Shown one piece after another: positions 1 through 12,996 of a DNA stretch of 64,000 bases. The notes below the pieces were generated by a model, which made no database searches, had not been told where the DNA came from, and was given only the letters and a program-made list of their open reading frames with translations. The stretch's first letter is position 1. Each line of letters opens with the position of its first letter. The position numbers and the translations under genes are program-made. Source of the stretch: Botryllus schlosseri (lineage: Eukaryota); assembly GCA_051294905.1 (NCBI GenBank), contig CM119372.1:3164001-3228000 (forward strand), written 5' to 3'.

Positions 1-317
1 GTATTTATAAGACTTCAGAACACAAAACTTTACAGCCATTGCTATCATAGGAGATGAAATAAATCTATATCCCTGTATAGCAGTCGCAGATTGTAGTTAG
101 CTCCGACTCCCTCCCTGACCAAGCCGTGCAAGTGTGCATGGGCTCTGACCATAGTGTCGAGTCTCGAATTACACGGGAAACGTCGTATTTCTATCTCTTA
201 AAACTGCCGCTCTCTGTTCTAAGCAAGTTCTCTATTCTCCAGTGGAGGATCACCTCACCACGTCTTTACTATTTCCGAATTTCCATAATCCAGGTCAGTA
301 TATTGAGTATTGGATAG

Positions 318-1264
318 TAGGGATGGTGTGAACGTGAGGTTTACGTTCGCGTTCTGTGTCTGAACCTCAAAAATTTAGAGGTTCACGCTCACAAGCGAAC
401 CTTGGTAGGTTCTGCACTGTGAACCTTTTTCATATATGACAATATCTTACATTTTTTGCATTTCAAGTTCGGACCACTCTATGCATGGCGCTGGCAGCAT
501 AAAAAATCAACACTAAACGAGCATGGACCTTGCCAATCTCAAATATTTTACTTGCTTTGTTACAAAAGCTGCCTCGAACCATTCAGCTTTCCGTTTGTGG
601 ATATTTAGTGACTCTCTGCTGCGAGCTTGATCCGCAATAACACAACATCAAGAATGAAATACACTACATGTGGGAAGTGAGCGAATGATGCTTATTCAAA
701 CAATCAGTGAATTTGATGTGAAGAAAACATCGTTGTCTAATGTAAAAAATCTAACAGGCGTACGGGATCCATCGCGATTTTATATGTTTCTTGTATCATA
801 AAAACCAAATCCGTGCGATTGGGGTGTTGGCTACCGTATATGACTAGTTTATGGGGTAATATCGGTAGCAAGTATAGAAACCCGTGTTACACTCTGCTCA
901 ATACCAATGTAGCAATAGTCAGACCCCGAATACATTGTCCGGTCTGGCCTATAGACCTTTAGCGCGGAAGCTTATATTCCCTTGCAAGTCCTCGTTGAAA
1001 TTGTTGGCACAGCGACGCAAGATAATGATTTTATTATAGCATTTATTTGCTCCAGTTGATACATTTGGTGACGTTTGTAACAACTAAGCATTATGGCATA
1101 TGTGGCCTGAGTCGTCGCTAGCTATCGTGTACGTACGTCGTACATTAATATATTACTTTACTGAAATGTTGGGCTAGAATTAGCAATATGTTACGTGACG
1201 TCATAAGGTTCACGTTCTCGTTCACACAGAACCTGAACCTTTTTAGGAGTTCACACCATCCCTA
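318..1264. mobile_element. Non-autonomous hAT element (second diverged copy ~5916-6857)
   Basis: TIR TAGGGATGGTGTGAAC...GTTCACACCATCCCTA, perfect 8-bp TSD TTGGATAG. Confidence 0.9.
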
Positions 1265-2345
1265 TTGGATAGCACTGGTCAACACAATTTTTGTTGACTT
1301 TGATCAGACAATTGATTTCGACTAATTTTTGGGCGCTGAATTCAAAATGACCTAAATTTTTCTCTATCACGTCAAGTTGTTTTAATATTTTGTGTTTACT
1401 GTATGAAACGTTTCAAAAACCACAAGCAGCAGACAGTAAATCAATAGACTTCAAATTAACATTTGCACCGCTTTATTTGGTTGATTTAAACTGATATTGC
1501 TTCTGCAGGACAAAAAAGTGCGAGTTTCAGGGCCCAAATTTACGCTAAAAACTCGTAATTATGAGGGTTGTCTCGTTTGATACTGGAACAATGGCCAGCT
1601 AACATGTGTAAGCACCAATCTACTCTTGTATCTTAATTCAAACATCTTCAGATATAGTGGGACACTTTTTATTTGCCCATCGCTGACTATACCAAGGTTT
1701 TCCAGGAAATTATTTCGATATTTTAGCTGTTTTCAATGTCTTCTGTCCGACATAGACATACGAAAGTGGCATATGTGTATCAGGGTTACACGTGCATTGT
1801 GCAATGTGCATCCTTATTGTCTGGCCACATGATCGAACGTGAGATATCTTCTTTCTCTTGCCAAGTAACCTTTCCTCAATTCAAAAGGATGCTAAAAATT
1901 CCTAATATTTCTATTCCAAGTCCCGATGCCTAAGTAAGATCATCTAACTTGTGATGGACTACTCTACGTTCTGAACATATAATTCGATTTTTAGCACGCA
2001 TTTTATCAATATTTTTAATAAGTTTCTTTAGACTCTCGCGGGCCGCACAGAACGGTGTTGCGGGTCGCATGCGGCCCGTAGTTTGCCCACTCCTGCTTCA
2101 AGGTGATGAGATATTATAATCGTTCGGGTCCAGGTAGAGATTAAAGGGGATGGTCCCTAGTCGTAGGCTAGGGTATTGTATGCTCTTCTACTTGCTTGAA
2201 ATATGCTTCACAACTTTGAAAATTGGACCAGAAGAAAGCCATATCGAATGTCTCTGCGACGAATCGGGTCAATACACAAAGTGACTGAAGTTGAGTCAAT
2301 CTCTGTTTATGAAAATGACTCGAGTCACTGAAACGCTGGGAAGAG

Positions 2346-2633
2346 TCATTCGGAATATACGCACTTGATTATGGCGAATTGCAAGTCGATATTCCAGTAT
2401 TGCAACTCCATTTGGATCTCCTGGCTGCGTTGCATAGCAGCTAAGTATTCTTCATATGTGGTAGCATCTTGATTGACGGTAAGTTGTTCCTGCATCAACT
2501 TTATGTATTGTTTTACGAGTTCCGGAAAAGGCGAATCGGGATAGGCTGCTTTGTAGCTGTCAATCACTTCGTCGAACGCTTTGACGAGTTTTTCCGCATT
2601 AAGCGGTTGCTCCATTGCCGTGGTCAGGATCAC
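2346..2633 (-). CDS. Secreted Ly6/uPAR-like + helical protein, exon 6 (either ends at TGA 2346 or splices at GTGCGT 2364 to unseen exons)
   Basis: Acceptor gttgatatAG, phase 0, VILTTAMEQPLNAEKLVKAFDEVIDSYK...FAIIK. Same amphipathic character as exons 2-5. Confidence 0.75.
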   Translation of the reverse strand: MILTTAMEQPLNAEKLVKAFDEVIDSYKAAYPDSPFPELVKQYIKLMQEQLTVNQDATTYEEYLAAMQRSQEIQMELQYWNIDLQFAIIKCVYSE

Positions 2634-3385
2634 CTATATCAACACGGAAATGGAGGTTCTTCAAGCGTTCTTCAACTGCTGGGGAAATTCGAGACATGAT
2701 GGGCAGTGGGCACGGCTTTCCTAGCTTCGTAAACGAATGTAGTAATCCAATAGCCTGGCGTCCCGAACACAAAATTTATCAAGGCTAGCCTTGAACGAAA
2801 CCTATTGTCGCACTGACTACAGAAATATTTATTATAATAGTGTCAGGACACTGCAACCGCAACCACCTGAAAATTGCCCTCAGATATCAAATATCGGCAT
2901 TGTAGCGAACTATCAGAACGCCGCAATACTACGACCATAACAATCACCTATTGCTGCGGACTGATTGTTCGCGACCATGCCCATTTCTAGGCAACTTGGT
3001 TGCCCAACCGTGCGATCACGAATTGCGCACCTATCCTAACAGCTATCTATAAACCCGAATACTTAAAAAACCTTCGTAGTACCATGTCCCGACCATCCAG
3101 CGATTTGAAAATGAATAGCTGGTTATATATCAAATTGATTGTAGAAATGGGACCTGTGCTTTTCCTGTTACCACACAATTTAGCGGACCATGGGGTGACT
3201 TGTATCTTCTTTGAATCGGTTAAAACTATCTTATTTGTATATTCGTTTAGATCTGATTAATGACATAAGATAGTCTTATAACAATCCGACATTTATAAAT
3301 TGACTTGAATCACGGCGATAGACTCATTGTATTCCACTTTGGACTCACAAATCTCATACATGCACAGCTTCAGTAAGCTTCATAC

Positions 3386-3508
3386 CTGAATATTTTCCAG
3401 CATGGGACGCATCTCCGCTGGAACCTCGCCTCCTAATTTCGTGATGAGTTTGCTGATCAAATTGCCGACGTTTATGTTGGGCCATTTCTTGAATTCGTCG
3501 TCGATTAC
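3386..3508 (-). CDS. Secreted Ly6/uPAR-like + helical protein, exon 5
   Basis: Phase 0-0, 123 nt, VIDDEFKKWPNINVGNLISKLITKLGGEVPAEMRPMLENIQ. Donor GTATGA. Confidence 0.75.
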
Positions 3509-3908
3509 CTTGATATGGAAACACGAGATAATAAGCGTCAACAAAGCATTTCCCCTTCCCTCTCAAAGTAGCGGAGGTCTCGGGGCACAGCAAGAGTCAG
3601 CGTCACATCATAGCAAGCGCCTAAGCGAAATTCCGAAAATAAATATAAGAATGTAACAGAAGGGTGTTTTGTATACCCTGTGCTAGAACATTGAGACCCG
3701 ATTTCCAGTTTTATATTTAGATTTGACCACGGCCTACTAGTAGGCCATGATTTGACCTTCACCTACGCATTTTTCTGACTTTTCTCCTAATCATATTAGA
3801 ACCAGAATTACAGCTGAAGTATTTTTTCAATTAAACTAGAATGCATTCAATGAAGTTCAGTTCACATCAAATCAGATTTCATTATCATATGCATGACAAT
3901 GGCAAATG

Positions 3909-4193
3909 TACAATTGAATAGTATATTCATATTGAAATGAACTCGAATATTTTCGGCTGACACTCGTCAGGGGTAATCGTCAGCAACTAGTAGAGAATTT
4001 GAAAGAACAGCGTATATCAACAATCGTATCCCAAAATATGACGTAAAAATGATACTGACGTCATATTTTGGGATACGATTGTTGATATACAATGTTCTTT
4101 CAAATTCTCTACTAGTTGCTGACGATTACCCCTGACGAGTGTCAGCCGAAAATATTCGGGTTCATTTCAATATGAATATACTATTCAATTGTA
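3909..4193. repeat. Near-perfect palindrome (foldback MITE); relatives at ~4900-5230, 11487-11795, 13531-13665, 18755-19010, 38280-38365
   Basis: Arms 3909-4044 and 4058-4193 are reverse complements (3 mismatches counted by eye) around a 13-nt loop. Confidence 0.92.
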
Positions 4194-5915
4194 TATTGAA
4201 GTTCTGTACCTCCAAGAAGCTATTCAAATGGCAAGTGTGTGCACACAAGGTGTGGCTCGCTTCGCACTATACAATTCACTTGTAACAGAGATTAAATTAT
4301 AATTAAAAAATTAGAGCATAGACAGTGTATAGACACATTGCATAAATTAGGTTTGAACTAGGTTACCGGCATTTCCTTCTAATTAGTTTAATTACACAAC
4401 TAGGACTATTTTTCTAGTTATCTAAGCCTGGTGGCGTCGGCCCTGCTACCGTAATTGACTATTGTATCGCGCCCACCATGGGAACTTCATTGGTCTTTAC
4501 CATTTTAACATGAATGCTACATTAATTAATCGTGGTATCGTTTGTAGATATCATGTTGGTTCAAAACTGATGACGTATGACGTTCGCAGGACCGCATTAG
4601 GACAGCATCTCAGAGAAGAGTTCGTCCTCGATTCACTTCATGGAGCTTGATTCAAAACAGGCAACGACCGTGAATTCCGCCACTCGCAATCATTTATTGG
4701 ATAACTCTACTTGCGCAAAAATCATCAAGACAACAGATTTCGAATCGTCGGGAGTGGCCGTTTATTCTTTCATTTGTCTATCTTGGTGTGGAATTTGATC
4801 AAATTCTAGTTTATGCCAACAGATGGCGTTCGTGTATAATCTCAAGATAGTACCGTGAGCTCAATTATTCGGATTTTCATGCCCGAGACGTTCTACTTGT
4901 TGATACGTTTGTTGTTCTGCGACACTTTTTATAATTCTCTACTAGTTGCTGACGATTACCCCGGACGAGTGTCTGCCGAAAATAGCCGGGTTTATTTCAA
5001 TATGAATATGTTGTCCAATATAACGGATTTAAGCCAGAGCTACGGAAACCTGCTGTTAGCAATCGATACAGGCCCGAGATATTAGATACTGGATAGGCGC
5101 ACGGTGGTTCCTAACTCACTATTTGATGATGGTTGACGCACAATGTTCTTTTTAATTCTCTACTAGTCGCTGACGAGTGGCAGCCGAAAACATTCGGTGT
5201 AATTTCAATATGAATACATGATCCAATTATTCCCACAACTTAACCAACAGATGGTGTCGTAACAGAACATTCTGATATGTCGCGAACTCATTTGAACGCG
5301 AAATGACGTAATCTCCTGCTGCGTTCAAACATGGTCGACAGAACAGACCCAAGGCTCATGTTGAACTACAACACTATATTGTGTTTATAAGACATGCAAT
5401 AAATTTTAAACGTTGAACATTAGCGTTTATTGAAGAGCTGTCCACAGAGTACTAAACTTACCGACCCCTGCTCTCATCGATATAAAATTATTCAGGATCA
5501 GAAATAGAGTAATACAATTCCACTGATTCGAATCGGCTATAGTGAGAGAATATTATTTCAAGTACTGAAATTATACGCTTCTCGTCGAGTTAATTTATGA
5601 CAGAGAATTGATAGTATTCTCCGCTGTGGAAGGCAGTAAACCACGATCGGTCGTATCACAGCGTAGTACAAATCTAAACACGTCAGTGACAATAAGATAT
5701 CTATGATATTATATTTGACCAACTCGCAGCATTGTCAGAAAGAGCAATGAAATAGGTATGGTCGGAAAAACTAGCAACTTATCTCTAATGTGATGAAGAG
5801 AGGACCATTGCATTCTTTGTGGTCGCATAAAGGGTAATTTGAAATTTACACACCATCCATACTGTTGATCCGTCATATAACGAGCAATATTCAAATCCCC
5901 CACTCGACTAGGAGC

Positions 5916-6857
5916 TTGGACGGTGTGAACGAAAGCTTCACGTTCGCGTTCTGTGCGCGGACCTCAGATATGTAGAGATTCACGTTCACAAACGAACCTT
6001 GGTAGGTTCTGCACTGTGAACCTTTTTCATATATTACAGTTTGTCACGTCATTATAACATCTTTGATTGAAATTCTTTGCATTTCAACGTCGCACTACTC
6101 TATGCATGACGATGAAATCATAAAAAATCAACACTAAACGGACACGCCTTGCCAATCTCAAGAATTATACTTGCTTTGTTAGAAATATTTTCTCTAAATA
6201 TTCAGGTTTCCGTTTGTGAATATTTAGCGACTCTCTGTTGTGAGCTTGATCCACAATCACGCAACATCAATAACGAAATACACTACATGCAGGTAGTCAG
6301 CGAATGATGCTTATTCAACCAATCAATGAAATGGATACAAAGAATGCATCGTTGTCTAATGTAAGAAATCTAGCAGGCGCATGTTTATGATATCATAAAA
6401 AACAAATCTATGCGATTGAGGTGTTGGCTACTGTATAACTTGTTTGTTGGGTAACATCGATAGCAAGTATAGCAGCCCGTTTTACACCCTGTTCAATATC
6501 AATGTAGCAAAAGTCCGACACCGAATACATTGTCCGGTCTGGCCTAGACCGTTAGGGCGTAAGCTTACATTTCCTTGCAAGTCCTCGTCGAAATTGTTGG
6601 CAAAGCGACGAAAAATATTGAATTTAGGGGATTATTAGAGCATTTGATTGCGTAGGCGACGTTTAAAAAGTCATCATGTGCTTCAGCATTGCAGAATAAT
6701 GTGGCCTGAGTCGTCGCTGGATATCGTGTGAAGTACAATGTATATTGGTATTTCACTTCACTAAAATGTAGGGTTGGAATTAGCAGTATGACGTCATAGG
6801 CTCACGTTCGCGTTCACACAAAACCTTTCAAAAAGGTTCGCGTTCACACATCCCCAC
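5916..6857. mobile_element. Second copy of the 318-1264 element
   Basis: Colinear similarity over ~900 bp (gtgaac/gttcac ends, shared internal blocks). Ends are degraded. Confidence 0.85.
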
Positions 6858-6915
6858 TAGAAGCCTAATACCCAGCACGACCTGACTGTAAATATGTAAT
6901 CACAATAACTCTTAC

Positions 6916-7202
6916 CGTCGAGAAAGTGTCGACATAGCTAGTGTAGTCGACTGGTCCTACTTTCATGAGGTTGTAGAACGTTTTCGAAAAGTTGATGATG
7001 ATAGTTTTGAATAACGGTTGTGAATCTAAGAGACCGGGACCCAGCTGCGTTTTGAGCACATTCGTTACCATCGCGCTCAGTTTGGTCTCGGGCAATGTTT
7101 GGTCCAAGTTACGGAAGTCGAACGAATTGAATCCGTCAGCCATCTTTATGTAGACTGCTTGGATGGTAGCTTTGTCACCCGGAAACATTCTGTAGAATAG
7201 TC
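6916..7202 (-). CDS. Secreted Ly6/uPAR-like + helical protein, exon 4
   Basis: Acceptor catttgcAG, phase 1, GLFYRMFPGDK...YVDTFST. Donor GTAAGA, phase 0. Confidence 0.85.
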
Positions 7203-7428
7203 CTGCAAATGAAATGGACGTATTTTGTGGAGCCTGGTGTTGACTGGTCCAGCGCTATGTTATATACTACTTATCCGAAAATCAATTGTTCGCTTGTGGT
7301 CGTGCTTATACGCACGGCGCATTCAAAATATTGTACTGTTGCGTAATAAATCAATTGCAGCTGCTCTATACTGCAGTATTTGGCACATATCACAAAAAAC
7401 GCGTCTTAGTTATACCTTCAGTTTAAGT

Positions 7429-8080
7429 CAGGGGTCACCAACACGCGGCCCGCGAGATCATATTTTGCGGCCCGCGACCTGATTTGAAATTTCTGAAGAA
7501 CGCTTAGTACAGCATTTTGAATGTCACTATTCCTCACTAGCTGATACGGCTTCGGCGGTGGTAATATCTTTCCGTGGGGAAAAATTTGCTGATATGAATT
7601 GGCATATTGCCTTGACGTGCAATCGCCGACCACTGCCCAGACCAAGACGCTTAGAAAACGACTACGGGCCCCCAAAAGACCAAGCTCTACGAGGAGATAG
7701 TTTTCCAGCAAGTACCGTGTATATAGCTAACCACAATATCGATTCTTTAGTCCAGCAGTGGCGAATCTGCGGTAGTAGTAGGAAAATTATGCGGCCGTCG
7801 ACACTTATTTTGAATAGTATGTGTTGGCGGCCGTCAATATTCAAATTGAATTTGCGAATCGATTCCCTAATTATTGAGAAGTTTGAATCATGGTTATTCA
7901 TAACATGGCTACTCACGATTTGCCCGTCGTCCATGTTAGCGTTGTACTGACGTAGAGTTATCAAACCGTGGCTGTTATACAGCGTTGCCTATTTTTATCT
8001 CGATATTGAAGTCATGCGGCCCGCGGCCTCGACGAATTCCGAAAAGTGGCCCGCGACCCATTTTGAGTTGGCGACCCCGG
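7429..8080. mobile_element. Non-autonomous hAT (Buster-like); sister copy 58422-59430
   Basis: TIR CAGGGGTCACCAAC / GTTGGCGACCCCGG, TSD GTTTAAGT/GTTCAAGT, gcggcccgc subterminal motifs. Confidence 0.85.
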
Positions 8081-8366
8081 GTTCAAGTTGTATTGTACAA
8101 TGCGATCAGATCAGGCACAGTTTCTGGACCCATTTGTGTCCAGTTGTATGACTTTGTTAAATCATGCGCAATGACTCGGGTGCCAGTCGGGTCAATGCAC
8201 AAAGTAACTCCAGTCGAGTCAAGTCGTTTTCCATAGTTACGAAAATGACTGGAGTCTAAGTCAGGACTCGAGTCATTACAACCCAGGCTAATACATAGTT
8301 CATAGTAAATGACGACTTATAGTAAAATTACCAGGGCGACACTTATATTACGTTATTGACAGATAC

Positions 8367-8532
8367 CTGGCATCCAGTCAATGGTCGTTACGAACTCAGC
8401 GGCAGGAGGTTGCGCGGTCACCGCCGTTATGAATTTCGTCAGGGCGCTGGAAAATCGAGTAGTTGCTTGGTCTTTCACGCTATACTTCTTCAACAATTCA
8501 AGAGACCAAGTTCCCACATAGTTTGGTCTCGT
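8367..8532 (-). CDS. Secreted Ly6/uPAR-like + helical protein, exon 3
   Basis: Follows a 63-nt intron. Acceptor ttttcttttatAG, TRPNYVGTWSLELLKK...IDWMP, donor GTATCT, phase 1. Absent from the ORF track. Confidence 0.8.
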
Positions 8533-8595
8533 CTATAAAAGAAAACCGTGATTTACAAGGCTGCACCACGACTTCCGAAGTCGAAATTCGGTTAC

Positions 8596-9314
8596 CAGTG
8601 AACCCGCGACTAAATCCGGCAGCGCGTTGAAAACCGGGTCCACGTACTCTGCTATATCCGATGTAATCGGGTAAGAGCTCCGAATGGTGCTGACCATATC
8701 TTCAGCTGTTTTGGTCCAATTCGCTGGGTTTACGTTACCGACTATTTTCAACCCCACGTCGTACCACATTTCCGCTTGCCATTCCGCGGGGAAAAACGAT
8801 CTTAAAAGTCCTGGGAATTTCTCCAGCAAAGCTCCCGGCATGTCCTGACCGTACACGTCCAACCCGATGTTGTTGAAAAAAGATCGCAGGGCGCCGGAAA
8901 GGTCTGGATGCAAAGTTTGCATTTGTTTCACCGTCTGTGTGAACACATTGCTGGACTGAGATATCGCAGACGGATTTCCTCTTAGAGCAGCGTTCAGCAT
9001 GTCCGCTAACGGCTTCTTAAGTGGTTCTGCTTCCGTCAAATCGAATCCAAGATTTTGATAAAATGTGAACGCGCCGTCTACGAAGGACTGCGTTCCAGTA
9101 CCGTTTGACAGTAACTCAATCAACGAAACGGGTGTCGTTTTAATGAATTTCGTTAGAGTGTCGTTCATGTCGCGCACGATATCAGGAACCATCGACAGCA
9201 GATTCGAAGGGTCGAACGTGCTGTCTTCGGCGAACAGATTCTCGCAGTCGAGATAGTCGGCGTACGCGCTGTTGATGCACGCTCCGTAGCGAATTTCGGA
9301 CTTCAGTTTCGTGC
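8596..9314 (-). CDS. Secreted Ly6/uPAR-like + helical protein, exon 2
   Basis: Acceptor ctctttatacAG, phase 1 (G|GC), GTKLKSEIRYGAC...LDC...AGSL. 719 nt open. Donor GTAACC, phase 0. Confidence 0.85.
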
Positions 9315-9421
9315 CTGTATAAAGAGAAGCATTGTAAAAAAGCAACATCATTGAGCTGCAGTAGCTATGCCTCTTATTTAAATGTTTTTTTAATACACAC
9401 CAGCCCAGGGAGCCGTTGCAC

Positions 9422-9840
9422 CAGAATACAAAAAGAAACATAGCTCTATCAAGTATGCCGGACCCCAATTGTGTAACAGCATCTCGGCGGCTATCCGAGA
9501 GCCGTCGAGCATGTCCGCATTCAAGTCGAAATACAAGCATTTTCTTCTAAATTAATACTAGCCAGCCTTCAGGATTAAAGGACCACGACCTAACATCGAC
9601 CTCACCCTCCGCCACATGCCACCTCATTTTGTCGCTTGCATCTTATATTCTCTGTATTACTTTTCATTCTGTGTGCATGCCTCTTCTTTACTTCGCCTAG
9701 GCTAAGGTGGGTGTCTGATCTTAAAGGCTGCTCCAAGTTGTTTCGACACCTTCCTATCTTTCCATTGTGTCGCAGTCTTGTGATGTTTTGAAATGATGAC
9801 AACATTAATAAACAGATTGATTGATTGATTGATTGATTGA
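9422..9840 (+). mobile_element. 5'-truncated CR1/L2-group LINE 3' end
   Basis: Encodes the SIKYAGP.LCNSI...FKSKYKHFLLN ORF2 tail, has the shared 3' UTR and ends in (GATT)n. Confidence 0.85.
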
Positions 9841-9920
9841 GTCCGCAATCCTCAAATTCTGCGGAATCACAATAACGGAAATCTTTAACCACCTTACACA
9901 GCTAATACATGACTCTAGGA

Positions 9921-10405
9921 CAGGAGCGGGCAACTTCTCCAGACGGTAGGGCGGATATGGGAAAATGAAGTACTTGGCGAGCCGCATTCCTCAATCGATT
10001 CATTAAACGCGTAGTTATCCAACTATACAAGGATTATAGCATTTAATATGAACTTTCAAGTTTGAAGCATAGAAACCAAAGCGGTATTGAATGAATTTAT
10101 TATCGTAATATAGGTCTACTTCAATAAATGTTGAGGTCGATGAGACATCCGTGGTCGATCAAAGTTGTGTCGAGGTTTTTTTAACTCTGGCTCTCTGGCT
10201 GCATGACGGACACGAAGAAGACATAGAACTATTATCTGTGTCCGAAAAAAGAAATAATAACCTACAGTCGCTATAATTTGATGTAGTAAGCAAGTAGTGG
10301 AGAATTGCGGGACACTGTGACTGCCTCCCATATTATCATTCAAGACCAAAAACTGTCTGCGATCCTCTCAAAATCACGTTGCGGGCCGTATGTTGCCCGT
10401 CCCTG
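9921..10405. mobile_element. Non-autonomous hAT
   Basis: TIR CAGGAGCGGGCAAC / GTTGCCCGTCCCTG, TSD CTCTAGGA/CTCTAGAA. Confidence 0.75.
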
Positions 10406-10771
10406 CTCTAGAATAATAGCGCACAAAATAAACTCTGCATCCACAATACCCTGAAAAGAATAAAACCATCAAAAACATGACTTTCAAACGAAACATTATT
10501 ATTGCTAATTTATTGCAAATCAGTGGGATATAAGCGATATCAGTCGCGTCGGGTGTGTGGCTTGACCTCCCGCGAACCCGTGAGACATATGGTTCAGCAA
10601 ACCCAGTTCAGAACCACCGATTTAGGCCAAGGTGCCTATCTGCTTGAAAGACCGCTGCAGGTCGTTCCGACTCCTGCCTATCTTTTCATTCTATCACAGT
10701 CTTGTGGTGATTTGAACACTAATAAAGGAACGAACGAACGGATGAAATTGCTATTTGCAGTTTGAATACGT

Positions 10772-11070
10772 TAGGGTTACCATATTTTGGAAATCTGAAA
10801 AGAGTACATTTTTTCAAAATTTTAAAAGTTGCAAATCGGAGGAAAAATACTGACAAAATGAAGAAAAGTCAACTCTCCGGCTCAGCTCCCGAAATACCCG
10901 CCGGCCGGAGCGTTACTTCGGTGCTGATTTACGGCATCAAAGTCGAATTTGGCCGTAAAAAGAGGACAAAAATCTCAAAAAAGAGGTCAAAAGAGCGTCC
11001 TCAAAGGACACTTTCGAAAAAGTCAAAAAAGAGGACAAACCCTTTTACAAGAGCACGTATGGTAACCCTA
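10772..11070. mobile_element. hAT MITE (TAGGGTTACCATA family; copies 42340-43230, 48645-49055)
   Basis: TIR TAGGGTTACCATA / TATGGTAACCCTA, perfect TSD GAATACGT, aaaagaggac internal repeats. Confidence 0.9.
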
Positions 11071-12996
11071 GAATACGTGTATGCGGTCCTTGGGAAGCAA
11101 AAGTCGTATCAGAAATTAAACTATATACGGACGTTTACGTTTTCAAGTTTAAAATCTTACATATCGACATGAGCCTTTGATTTATGGTTCTACATCTCCT
11201 TTCTATCGACTCTATTGCAACGCTTTCCGAACCTCCCTCTAAATATGCAATTCCCTATTTCAAGGACTGATCATGAGCAGCAAGTCCATGAATATAAGGA
11301 TCCTACGCCATTTACCAATCCAACACCATTATACAGTATGGTATGTAGTAATGTAAATTTTATAAAATTTTATATCCTTTCGTTGTGGCTGCTTTCGGAG
11401 GAAATTCTCAGCATGTGGTTTAGCTTCTGTTCACACGGAGATTTTACAGTGTCCATTGAACTACAGTATAGTTAGAAGAGCTTAGAGGTACAGAACTCCA
11501 ATATACAATTGAATAGTATAATATATTCATATTGAAATAAACCTGAATATTTTCGGCTGACACTTGTCAGGGGTGGTCGTCTGCTACTAGCAGAGAATTG
11601 GAGAAAACATTGTATACCTATAATCTTAACACTAAATATGACATCACCGGCATGACATTTCGAATAATCAAGGCGAAGAGCTCGATATGCTACGTTCTTT
11701 TCGATTCTCTGCTAGTTGCTGACGAATGCCCCTGACGAGAGTCCGATGAAAATATTAGGGTTCATTTCAATATGGATATGTAATTCAATAGTATAGTTAG
11801 AGTATCCTCGCTCTACAGCCAGCGAGATCATGCTGAAAATTGGGAAATTTCGATGTGTAATCTATGAGTACACATCGGTTAGCTATATCGACATCCAATA
11901 ACATTCCTAATAATTTACTCGGGACGTGTATACGTATATAGTTGCGCGTGACATTTCTGACGATTTCTGAACATGATTGGCGTTACATCGCTATTATTCC
12001 AATCGCACAACGTCCAATACGCCACGATCACATTCAGATAGCGTCGTCTCAACATGTTCCTACTATTGAAATTTATCAATTATTTAGTGTCGAACTATTC
12101 TCGCAGAAAAGGCCTGCATAAATCCAAATACCGGTACAAGGCGGTACTGCATGCTACAGAGAGAGGACATTGGCGTATTCAAATACTTTCCATCAGGGAT
12201 ATCCCTGCTTTCTGTATCCATTATTACAAACAGATTAATTCTGGGATATACAGCCGAACGACATAAAATCTTTCACGGGCGGACTAGGATAGTGTTCGGA
12301 CCGGTTTTGGACAATTTTGAGACACTCGGATCGGATTCGGATTCTATTGCAGATATTTTCGGATAGTAGTGTAAGTTTTACTTCGAATATTTGTAAACAC
12401 GGACAGTAAACATTTCCTGATGTGACTAGTTGTAAGAGGTGGTCAGCAACGAAGTACTTCTACTTTTTGAAGTACTTGATGTAGATTTTGCCTACTCGCA
12501 CTACTTATTAGGTAGTTATGATTTTAGACTACTTCTACTTGACAATTTTTAGTTTTTTATGTAAACATAGGCGTAAAATCCCTACTTACTTGCTCGGGAA
12601 CTGCCACTCCTACTTCTACTTGAATAAAAATTCCGGCGTTACTTCTACTTCTACTCGAGTAGCGACGGTGACTACTTTGACCATCACTGCTAGTTTTTCA
12701 GTCGAAGGTCCAAGCAATATATATATATATATATATATAGTTAACCCTGACCTTAGCATTTGTAAAAAGTACTCGCAACTCAGCTGTACAATTAGGATTC
12801 TTCGGAAAAGTTTTTCGATTTGGATTTTAGACGGCATTATACGGATTCGCATGGATTTTTGGTTGAGATTGTTCGGGTTCGGACGGATAGTTCCTCAGAG
12901 ACTCAGGCTGTCGAACGGATTCGGATTCTCAGAAATCAACATCCGCTCATCACTGGTGCACACAAGCTGTGGAAAATATTTTATAGTTACACCTAC

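Noticed and set aside
155..291. Possible plus-strand exon (CRVSNYTGNVVFLSLK...NP|GTCAGT) and ORFs at 1626-1933
   Set aside because: No phase-compatible partner exon or recognisable family; flanked by transposon ends. Unsupported.
4816..5262. CTCF-like CCAACAGATGGCG motifs (also ~54864)
   Set aside because: Short imperfect matches adjacent to repeats; indistinguishable from chance without ChIP data.
9315..9540. N-terminal 75 aa of the 335-aa ORF 8533-9540
   Set aside because: It lies upstream of the acceptor at 9315 and overlaps an antisense LINE tail, so it is intronic read-through.
9860..10450. Possible transposon-disrupted exon after the minus-strand ttcttttcAG acceptor at 10451
   Set aside because: Exons 1 and 2 already join in phase, and the reconstructed peptide has no recognisable pattern.
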